This document shows, piece by piece, positions 50,025 through 59,903 of a stretch of DNA of 59,903 nucleotides. The position numbers and the translations under genes are program-made. The notes beneath the pieces were generated by a model. That model was not told the origin of the DNA and did no database searches. It saw only the letters and a list, made by a program, of their open reading frames with translations. The stretch's first letter is position 1; every line of letters begins with the position of its first letter. The stretch is from Perkinsus olseni (lineage: Eukaryota), in assembly GCA_013115125.1 (NCBI GenBank), contig JABANN010000156.1, positions 1-59,903 of the forward strand, given 5' to 3'.

Positions 50025-50224
50025 CATCTCTAGCTGTCCTCCGCCATCCAGATACTCCTCAGCAGCGGACGGACAAACTTAGAGGGGCCAAGGCGTCTTC
50101 CTAGCGGCCGTTGGTGTGCTCTTCCCAGCATGTGCGTGTCGTTACCGATACTCTCTTTCGATCGGCCTTCCAGTGTTGGGTTCTGACACGTACATGACGG
50201 TACCATTCCAGTTGGCGTATCATT

Positions 50225-51573
50225 ATGTCATCATCGGTCTCGACCAACAGCCCATCAGGCCCTGAGAGTGATGTGGTGTTGGCTGGGGGCGTAGGATCCG
50301 ATGCTCCTGTGGAGTCCAACAGGCAACGGAAACGGAATAAGAGGAGAGAGCAGAAGAAGGAGAAGTGGTTGTGAGTTGGGGAGGGCCGATCGTGCAAGGA
50401 GGTTCCATGCAGCGTCTGGCGATTGCCTGGTGTAGGGAGGGCAAGCGGAAGAAGGCCAATCATGCCAGCAGCAGCAGCAGCAGCAGCCCAGCCTCAACCG
50501 ATGGTGTATCTCGGAACCCAGTTAGACGGGAGAGAAACGCCATGATGAAAGCTGATACCGAGGCCAAGGCTCTCATGAGCCCTCTGGTGAGTCACTCTCC
50601 TCTTCGCGGTGTTAATTATTTTCTACCTCGTCACTGTCAAAACGGCCAACTTTATTTAGGCCTAATGCCTGGCATGTCGAGTAACTGCTATCGACTGGCA
50701 GGTACTGTTCGACTGTGAGTTCCGAGCACAGATGCATACTCGAGAGAACATATCCCTGGCCCAGCAACTGATGTTCTGTTACGGAGCCAACAAGAAGTGC
50801 GAGTGGCCCCTCAGACTGGTTACAGCATGCCCACTTGATGGCGACATGCATCAGGTAAGAAGCCTGCCTTTCCCTGCCTCCTATCACGGCTGCTCAGCAC
50901 TTGAAAAAGAACAGCGGTCTCGCCAACTGGACCTGCTTCACGATGGACCATCGTCCGCTGAGTACCATCTGTGTCGAGGAGCATCAGCAGCAGTTCGTCT
51001 ACTTGACTGCTGACTCTGAGGACACTATGTGGTCCTTCGAGCCCAATGTGGTGTACATAATAGGAGGTTTGGTCGATAAGAACCGCCATAAGAACATAAC
51101 TAAGGATAAGGCTGCCGAGCTGGGCCTGAGGACGGCTCGGCTGCCCTTGGGGGAGGTCGTTGATATGGGGGAGCACTCGAAGGTGGGTGGGCACCTAGAG
51201 TCGGGCTCACACACTTCCGCCGCCCTGCAGGTGCTTACTGTGAATCATGTGCTGGAGATCATGGCTAATCTATGGCAGCGTCAACGGAGCAAGGTGAGGG
51301 TCGCGCCGCCCCGGCGGCGAGGGGAGGATGGCGTTGCAGCGGTGGGCCTTTCAGAAGTCCGTTACAGCGGAGGACTGGCGGGAGGTGTGCCTGGAGTGCC
51401 TTCCTGGACGGAAGAAGGTGGACGATAGAGAGGAAGGCGGATCCCCCGAGGCAAAACGGCAGAAGGTCGAGTCCCCCGCCCCGGCTGCTGCTGCTGCTGC
51501 TACGGCGGAGGAGGAGGGGGAACCTGGGGTGCCGAAGTCACCTCCAGCTGAGGCAACGAGTGGCCCAGCGTAG
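50225..51573 (+). CDS. TRM10: tRNA m1G9 methyltransferase (SPOUT)
   Basis: SLAQQLMFCYGAN, FVYLTADSE, VYIIGGLVDKNRHK, TARLPL, VLTVNHVLEI. Confidence 0.93.
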
Positions 51574-51699
51574 CCCCCCCCGTCCCCGAGCTGCTATTCT
51601 ACGTTTCATTGCCGCGTTTCTCTTCGCAGTCAGTCGTTGGGTTGACCAGCGCGGGGGTCATGGCTTTTCTACTGCAGTTGGTAGTGTTGTTCCGCGGCG

Positions 51700-53272
51700 A
51701 TGAGTGACCGACCCGCCACTGAGGGAGGGTCCCCGACTAAAAGGCCGAGAGCTGATTCTGGGAAGGGCCACGGAGGAGCCAAACACAGGAAGGGAGGCGT
51801 GGCACCTGTACAACAGGGCCATCACTTCCACAGCAAGAATAAAATGGCCAGAGCTATTGGTAGTAGTGGCATACCCTCTGGAGGCGGCCTGAACTGTGGG
51901 ACTGAGCAGGTGCTGTCAACGAGGAGTGCACGGTCTTCATGTCCGGCCTTCCTTTCACTACCAAGGAGAGTGATATCGAAAATGCACTTAGTGAGGCTAC
52001 AGTTGAAGAGACCACCTCCACCCAGCAGGGGGCCGAGGTGGCCAGTGGCAGTACACTCTCGGGGTAAGTCACATGCTGTGGATGTTCCGTAGTGGAGGTA
52101 CCCTTCCTCCTCTCCAGGGACAGCGCTCCTCTCAAGCCAACGGCGATACGGCTAGTCCGTGATCGGCTGGGTCACTTGAAGGGCTTCGCTTATGTTGACT
52201 TCGCGTCCCACAGCCAAGCCCAACGAGCGGCTGATCTGATGAATAAGAGGATGGTGCATGGCAATAAGATATTCGCCAGGATATCCCGTCCGACCAAGCC
52301 ACTGTGAGCGTCGGGGCAGCCTCCACCGCAGACAGCGTCTCCTCCACAGGTTCGAGCCAACAACTCTAGTGATGGCGCCTGCTGTCGACCAAGGGGCAGC
52401 AGCAGCCGCCGAGGTGTCCCTGGATGCCTCGAGAATTCTCGCTGCCCTTCACAGTGTGGGGTGCCCCGGGGAGAGCGTCACTTACCCTCGAAATCCTGAC
52501 GCCCATCTCTGCTATGTAGGGAAGGTCGAAGCCGCTGGTGGTAATCCCTTAGGAGTCCTGTCAGGTGCATTTTGGTAAGCCTGAGGAGGCCGACAAGTGC
52601 CTGGCCTTGGAAACTCTCCAGCTGGAGGGCGAAGATGGTCCAGTTCTGAGGATAGAGAGAAGCATCCCGAAGAAGGCCCCTAACATGGGGTCGAAGGCGC
52701 CGCAGCCGAAAGACAAGAAGGCCCTGTTGGAGTACAAGACCTCGGGTAAACGAGAGCGCACTTTGTTCGTCCAGAACTTGTCCTTCGAGACTGAGTAGGC
52801 GGCCCCACTATTGCTGCATCGACGGTTGAGTCATCCTTCTCAGTGAGAATACGCTGCAGAGCTTCGTGGGGTGGTCTATGGCGGAGCAGGGCCTGGTCAC
52901 AGCATGTCTCATCGTCCGCAACAAGAGGGGCAAATCACGAGGGTTCGGTTACCTGGAGTTGGCCACGAAGGAGGCCGCTCAGAAGGTCTCAGAGGCCATC
53001 AATGGTTGTGAGCTCAACGGCCGAGCGATAAAGGTGAGGTGGGCAGACCTCGGCACGCGACCGGTTACAGCGTGGATTAGGTGTCCCCGAGTGACCGGCC
53101 CATCACCAGTAAATCCCATCCTATGGAAGGCGTCACGGAGACCTCTGCTGAGGCGGGGGCTGAGAAGGCTCTACCACAAAAGGAGAACAAGGGGGAGGAA
53201 GAGGAACAGCCTCCCAAGGCGATGATGACCAACTCTGATTTCAGAGCGTGGCTCCTCAGCGGGTCCAGTTGA
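51700..53272 (+). CDS. PRP24: Prp24/SART3-like U6 snRNP recycling factor (multi-RRM)
   Basis: RRMs (TVFMSGLPF...KGFAYVDF; TLFVQNLSF...RGFGYLEL) and C-terminal MTNSDFRAWLL, matching the LSm-interaction motif SNxDFR. Confidence 0.8.
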
Positions 53273-53366
53273 GTGCCATCTTTCCATACCCCTCCCTCGA
53301 CTCGCGTTGGTAGCCACCCGAGAGTCGGCCCTTCACAGTTTTCCTGCTGCTGCTGGCGTGTGGTGG

Positions 53367-55354
53367 ATGTCCTCGTCTGTCTTATGCTGCGTTGACACCC
53401 AGGCGGTGCGTACCGGGGTCCTTTGGTCAGCAGCCTGGCGCCCGGCCTCTTACCCCTTACTAGCTGTATGCGGCCAGGGACCGGAGGTACGGTTGTATGC
53501 GGTACCACAACCCACTCCGGCGAAGGAGGACGACTCACAGCGAGAGGTCCGTCTCAGCTGCTCGACTACCATAGCGCTGCTGTGATCGTTCCCTCGGCAG
53601 GCCGGCACTCCTCAGCTGAAGTTAGTGAAGACCATAACCACCAACCACACTCGAACACTACGGAGGGTTAATTGGCTGCAAGATGGGTAAGCCCCTTCCT
53701 TGCCGTGTGCGGCTCGCCCGGTGTGGTGGTGCAAGGCTTTGGGAATGTGCTCTCCTCCTCCCTCAGGAAGACGTTGGTGGTGGCCTGCTTCGACGCTTCT
53801 GTATCCCTCTGGGCTGTCGAGGGTTCGGACCCCGAAAATCTTTTAGTCCGCCATAAGGCAACCATACAGGTGACCCCTTCGCTGTGCATCACCCTCCTCC
53901 CGACGCATCTCTCAGGGCCACGAAAATGAAGTGAAGAATGCGTGTTTCTCGCCCAGTGGGAGGTAGGGAGGGTGTTGTGTTGGTTGGCGGCTACGGTCGT
54001 ACTACTACCGCAGGTACCTAGCGACCTGCAGCCGAGACAAGACAGTGTGGGTGTGGGAAGAGTGCGATGTGCTGCCTGAACGACAAGTCGACGAGGATGG
54101 TGAGGAGCAGCCGTCACGGCCGACTCGACCTCGTCACCCTGGTTCCTTCAGAGGACACTCCAGTGGAGGGTCAGGAGATAGACTTTGAGTGTGTTGGTAT
54201 CTTACAAGCGCACAGCCAAGATGTGAAGTCAATAGCCTGGCATCCCTGCGACGATAATGTCCTCTTCAGTGCTAGCTACGATGATACAATACGAGTAAGC
54301 CTACCGCCGCCCAGCCAATTGGAGAGGCCTCTGTATCACAGTCCATAATTTTAGGTGTGGTCTCGCTCGCCTGACGGTGGTGGTGATGATGACTGGCACT
54401 GCATTCAGACCTTAAAGGGGAACGAAAGTAACCCTCCTCCCCGATCTCTACCACTGCTGTCGTTGCGCATTCGTGTATTCCCCACTCTCACCCCTTCTCA
54501 GCTACAGTGTGGAGTCTATCGTTGATCGATGCTGGCTGTCAGCCGTTGATGCTATCAGTGGCCGGTGATGGTGCAATAAAGGCTTGGTTACAGCAACCCA
54601 AACAGGAGGGGGACGTCCCTCTAGAGGTACGCTACACCCACCCTCCGGTCCATCGGCAGTGCACTCCCTCTGCAGCTCCCACAAGGCCCATTGGGGCTCA
54701 CCAATTGGTACACAGCACAAGCGTTCAGTGGATACACCCGAAGTGCTGCGGTGCGGGTCGAGGCGGATCGGCCCACCTGGGAATGTGTTGGTAGGTCCTC
54801 CACTAGGAGTTGTTGTTGGAGTGGTATGAGCAGATACCGCCCGTGTGGGCAACGGCTTGCCAGTATATGACGTTGATACAGCATTAGATCCCTCTGATGG
54901 AGCCATCATCGCTGCCACAGCGGGAGGGTGAGTCATCGGCAAGGGGCTACTGTCCAGAGGTCGTTGCTCTGTATCTCAGGGACAACTCAGTGCGTATATT
55001 TGCGTACACACTGTCAAGCACGGGTGGATGGATGTCGGCCCGCCATGAGGAGCTAGCGGACTCCGCGAAGCTGATGGGTCGGAGGCAGGCCCACACCAGC
55101 GATGTTAACAGCGTAAGTGTCTGAAGCCCTAGGGAGTCTTGCGGCATCTCACGCATACTCAACTGAGTGGATACCGTGCCCTCTTGGTCCCGCGGCATTG
55201 CTCTTGAACGCCCGCACTAGCGATGCGCCACCTCTTCTCTCAGGTTGCCTTCCTTCCAGACCGACAGCCGGACGGTTCCTGGCTCCTGGCCAGTGTGAGC
55301 GATGATGAGAGTGTCAAGTTGTGGAAGGTCCATCGACCTCAAGACCTTCTGTGA
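53367..55354 (+). CDS. CIA1: Cytosolic Fe-S assembly WD40 protein (CIAO1)
   Basis: [87 protein letters not shown]. Confidence 0.95.
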
Positions 55355-55548
55355 GCCTCCGAGATACCACTAGTGTCACCGTTTCATCAGCGTATCATTG
55401 CATCAACAATAACAACACTGCAACCTTCCCCCGAGGCCAGTGCTTCGTGTTCCTTCACATGATACAGTGTTGGGTTGTTGTTACCGGTCTTGGGTGGTCA
55501 TCAGTGCCGCTGGGTAGGGGAGGCATCTCAATTCTCGTTGATTCGAGC

Positions 55549-57681
55549 ATGGCATCAGGACCGCCTCCCAGTAGCTCACACGGCAGTAGCAGCCTGCCCC
55601 TTCCTTTGCGGCAAGAGCTCCAGCTCGATAATAACTTCAATCAATCACGAGTACGAGGATGCCTCGTTACCTCACACTGCCAATCTATCGCCATTCGACC
55701 ACCATGAGGAATCTTTTTCCTTGACGCTGCGCCGTTGGTTACTGGTCACTCTTGATCGGTTGTTGTTAGGTATGTAGCACGTACAATGGCCATGATAATG
55801 AAGCGTATAAAGTAAAGTACTGGGCTGACTTAGTGTCGACTGTATTGCAGTACGAAGGAGGCGTGGCGACAACTTGTACCGAAATAAGAAAGGCAAGGAG
55901 TGTCCTCCCTCCTGTAGCTGCTGATGGAAGTGCCTCTCCTCTCAGTGGTGGGCTCGCCACGTAAACCCACACCAAACCCTGCCGAGCCTCCCCGCCATCT
56001 TAGCAGCCTCGAGCGACCTACGGACTGAGACGGAGGCCGATCGAGAGTGCGCAGCGCTGTGGTCTACTTCTGATGCGACAACAGCTGATGCAGACACCGC
56101 GAAGTGAGGTCTAGTTCCCTTCCTTCCCTGTATTGCTTACATCCAGCCCGCCATCAGATCCGGACTGATGTCGAAGATCACCGGGCTGGCGATGGGGTTG
56201 TTGTGGAGCAGGGGCGGCACTGCCTGTGATGGCAAGGAAAGTAACCATCGTAGCTAACTATGGGACGGGCAATGTTACCGCTCGCGCGTCCGCTGGCAGG
56301 TGTGTCGGATAATACGATAGTGTTCTCGGTGCAGCAACTGTCGCAGCTAGGAGCTCGAGTGTTACGGAGAGCTTCATCTTATGACAACTCAGTCTTAACG
56401 CTGCAAGAGTTTGATCTTATCGTCGAGGAAGAGCTCACAGCCAGTAAGCAGTGGAGTTCATCCCTCCTGAGGTCCACCCTTCTGAGCCTTCAGTGCGGGT
56501 GACTGCGGTTGAGTTCGGCCTGAGCGTCCAAGCCGGTGGGAAGGCGAGAGGGGCTGTTTTGGCGTACATGGCATCAGTTGACAAGGCGTCTGCGTTCTGT
56601 GATGCTGTGGGCGCAGCATCGGAGATGTTGCGGGGTGTGAAGGTAGCGCCCCCCTCCCCGGCGCCCTCCCGTATTCAACAGTCAGGTTGGCAGCCCGACA
56701 CCAGCTACTCCTGCTGAGAAGGCACACCTCGTTCATAGGATTGCTTTGGAGAGGATCGACACCATGGAGGTCGACAGCACTGGCAATGAGGCACGCTGCA
56801 CGCTTGCAATGAGGCTATCTTCAGGAGTCCCTCACAGCTGGGTGGTCGAAGGCTGATGGCCGTGCTCGGGAACACCTCCGTGCGGGTGAGCAGTTCTGAT
56901 GACCTCTCTTGCCTGGCCATGTGTCTCTTCGTAGGCCGAAAGCCCTTAGCATTGCAAGCCCTCAAGGAGCGCTCCCTCCTGCAGGGCCGACTGGACGAAC
57001 TTGGTAAATATCGTCTGCAGCTGCAAAGCACGAGTGAGTCGTCAGCAGCAGCAGCTGATGTCGTGTGAGGGAGGGGGCTGTGATACGTCTATCAGGTGGG
57101 GTTACAGCAACTGCCGAAATACAGAGTATAGTAGTCGAAGCGTTGTCAGCCAGCACTATGATGGCGAAGAAGCAGAAGGTGAGTGTGTCCTCTAGGCAGT
57201 CCATGAGGTCAGGCCTGCTTAGGTCCATTTGGACCAGGTTGATCAACTCGCCGAGGACATGCAAGAAGTGCGAGAAGACATTGACGTGAGCTTGTCTACC
57301 TGCGGGAGTCGAGGGGATTTTCTCTATTCAGTTGGTGTCGGACGCCATCGCAGCGATGTCCCTGAACGGTGGAACCGCAGCGGCGGAGGAGGACCCCGAG
57401 CTCCAGGCAGAACTCGACAAGATCATGGAAGAGCAGCGAGACATTGACGTTGTCACCGCTAAGGCTCAGGTGAGCTCCCCATGGTTGCATGAAGCTCGGC
57501 GCGGGATGGCTGCACAGCTGTTCCATCACTACCACGCCTTCAATCGGGTCAGGTGGTTGCAGCACCATCCGTCCCGACAGAGGCTGTGGGAGCCGAGCCG
57601 TCGAAGAGCTCTACGGATGACTCGAAGGCCGACAGTACTGCTAGCTCCCCTTCAAGGCTCATGATGTACCAACCTGTGTAG
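55549..57681 (+). CDS. CHMP7: CHMP7-like ESCRT-II/III hybrid (Snf7 family)
   Basis: N-terminal NEAYKVKYWADLV; Snf7 core RKPLALQALKERSLLQGRLDEL...LDQVDQLAEDMQEVREDID|LVSDAI...DPELQAELDKI. Confidence 0.75.
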
Positions 57682-57812
57682 CATCTCTCATACTGTCTTC
57701 TTCATCCGTCCACGGTGCAGAGTTATTGAAGAGGGGATGAGGGGCGATTCATGCTTTGCGGTTGCTGTTGCTGTGCCAGGCTTTTATATATGCTCCCATA
57801 AAAGAGCACTTC

Positions 57813-58316
57813 ATGGGTTGCGGTTCTAGTTTCGAAAGAAGTCGACCGTTGGAGGAGCCTGTAGTGGCATCACAGCGATCAAACCAAGGAGAGTTGGCTG
57901 CCGCTGATGACCGGCCATCTACAGGTATGGCCCCCCAGCGCACGGAGGAGCAGCCATCATCACCGGCGCCTCCTGATGTGGTGTACTTTTAGAGACCCTC
58001 ATCGGTCGATCTTTTGATAGTATCACTCAGGATAAAGCACCTCTGGCGTCGACCAACGGCGTCCTCACACAACTTGAACTACCAGTCGCAGAGACTGATG
58101 CCGTGCAGCCCCCGGAGGAGAGTGTTGCTGTGGATTTTCCAACTGCATTACCACAGCTCATGTCGTCCCAGCCGGGGAGGGATGAACTCCCGATAGAAGT
58201 TGTATTATCAAGATTGCTGCTTGAACAAGCGTAGGCCTACTGATCGTTGGGTTGTCTGATGTTATTCTATCAGGTATCGAACGATTGTCGAGTGCAGCCA
58301 TGATGAGCTACCATGA
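57813..58316 (+). CDS. Small protein with an N-terminal MGCGSS acylation motif
   Basis: Three exons splice in frame: MGCGSSFERS...PPD|DKAPL...LLEQA|YRTIVECSHDELP*. Confidence 0.6.
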
Positions 58317-58749
58317 CTAGTGTTCACTTTTTCCGATAAATTAACGTTGAGTTTTCCAGTTGTCGACTACTAGACCCTTATGGGTAAATCGCGTGAGTGA
58401 ATATTTAGGCTGATCCAGCAACGCAGAAGTGAGGATATACCACCCCTGACTTAAACGAAATCCCAAGGAAGATGTAAAGAAGATACTCTTCGAGTGTTGC
58501 TATTAATTACCGACTATCTACGCATGATGAAACAACATTGCCGATGGTAGCGGCTGTAGCACAAAAGGAGAGAGGCTATTAACCTGAAAAAAACGATTAG
58601 TCCTCTCTACGCCTCGCACACTCACCGTCATATCCCCGATGTGCATCGGCATTGCCGAGCCTATTCTGCCGTAACCTGTCATGGTGCTTCTCATCAGTGG
58701 ATAGTGACGGTGTACCTTGGAGGGTACGAAAGGTCGTAGGAATACACGG

Positions 58750-59833
58750 CTGATGTATGACCTGTCTCTGATAGAAAGGGGACCAGCTAGTATAGATAGG
58801 CTGGCTCTTAGTGATGGGATGGTACGGCCGGGTGGGGCGGGTCGTCAGGAAAGGCGACGGGTGGGGCGAAGGAGGAGGGCACCGCCATTGCAGCATCGGT
58901 GATGTGATGCGTCTTGGTGAGAAGGCAATGTGTGGTGGCGGGGAGGAGGCCTACACTCTACCACTGGCGGGAGCATCAGGCTGAATGACCCACATGTATC
59001 ATCCTCACAGCTGCAGGGAAGACCTTCACAGAGGAATGCCGCTGCTGCTGAGGAGGAGACATCAGGTGGGATAATCTGGAGGGCGGACACCTTTCCGACT
59101 GAAGAAGGGTAGGGTGCACGACCGCATGAACCGTTCTTGAACCAAGGCTGCCTACCTGGGATAACGGATGCACTGCAGCAGACGTCGCGCGGTACTCGAC
59201 CTTCTTCGGAGTCGGGGTCCACGAGTTGGGCAGCACAGAGGGACCGACCGCAGCCCGAACTGGCTCCTTATCCCCGGCGCGCCGGGCATCGAACGACCTG
59301 GCCTCATCGGGGCTAATCGATCTGCATACAATGAGATGTATAGTAGATCCCGGGAATGCTGATGGACACGGACAAGAAAGATCGTCATGAGCTGTATGAG
59401 AACTGGATGCTTTACCGACTGCTATTGCCGTCTGCCGGCTGTCTACTCAGCCACGAGGGAGAGGGGCTCGACAATGTAGCCCACCTTGCAGATCCTGTCA
59501 GGGATGATGACGACTCCAGCTGGCGTCCGGACTTGTAGATTCCCGGCGAATGCGGGCGGCTGCTCGGAGCCGTACTGACAGCACCGCTGTGGAGGATAGG
59601 GTCGGCCTCTAGTCGCTCGGGGAGGACCTTCCCACATCAATCCCGCCAGGCCGATAACTGTCGGCCTCTTACCGGTACTGTGCGACTCTCCAACCAAGCC
59701 GCCTCTTCGAAAGAGTCGTACAGCTCCATGTTTGAGGAAGTGGAGCTCGGCTCAGCTGAGGAGAAGGAGGAGCGGCGGTTCGTGAAGCGAACATTCGCAA
59801 TGATGATGCACCTGCGGGTTCGAAGTCGTCGTC
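58750..59833 (+). CDS. Partial multi-exon hypothetical gene
   Basis: Protein-like fragments (DKKDRHELYENWMLYRLLLP; EEKEERRFVKRTFAMMMHLR) with possible introns; not resolved. Confidence 0.3.

Positions 59834-59903
<70 letters not shown>
59834..59903. repeat. (TTG)n microsatellite running to the window end
   Basis: About 23 perfect units read directly. Confidence 0.95.

Noticed and set aside
25601-55354. Functional clustering of RNA-metabolism genes (RPF2, TRM7, TRM10, PRP24, PUF)
   Set aside because: They are interspersed with unrelated housekeeping genes; I see no evidence beyond chance.
59834-59903. Telomeric repeat at the window end
   Set aside because: It is a simple (TTG)n microsatellite rather than a TTTAGGG/TTAGGG-type repeat; possibly an assembly break.

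Overview
Gene-dense eukaryotic (protist) DNA, most likely a perkinsid alveolate (Perkinsus-like; inferred from ~50-nt GT-AG introns, tight gene packing, an alveolate-type eEF2 and a flagellar IFT gene). I reconstructed about 28 protein-coding genes by hand-splicing the ORF fragments, so exon boundaries are approximate. Recognisable genes are a large chromodomain protein, eEF2, a DIX-like/auxilin J protein, a DEAH helicase, a NIPA transporter, RPF2, a peroxisomal crotonase, TRM7, a PUF protein, MDM35, two SLC35F6 paralogues, a PTEN/tensin-like protein, Pol kappa, IFT43, TRM10, PRP24, CIA1 and CHMP7. Genes lie in long same-strand blocks with mostly ~100-250 bp spacers. The main unexplained signals are: (1) a motif, GATCTCATAT-N6-GCGCRCGC, shared by the two major divergent strand-switch regions; (2) six short introns of the chromodomain gene that each carry a tRNA T-loop/B-box-like sequence; (3) a diverged tandem pair of ~100-aa glycine-zipper membrane proteins. 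I recognised no intact tRNA, rRNA, CRISPR array or transposon.
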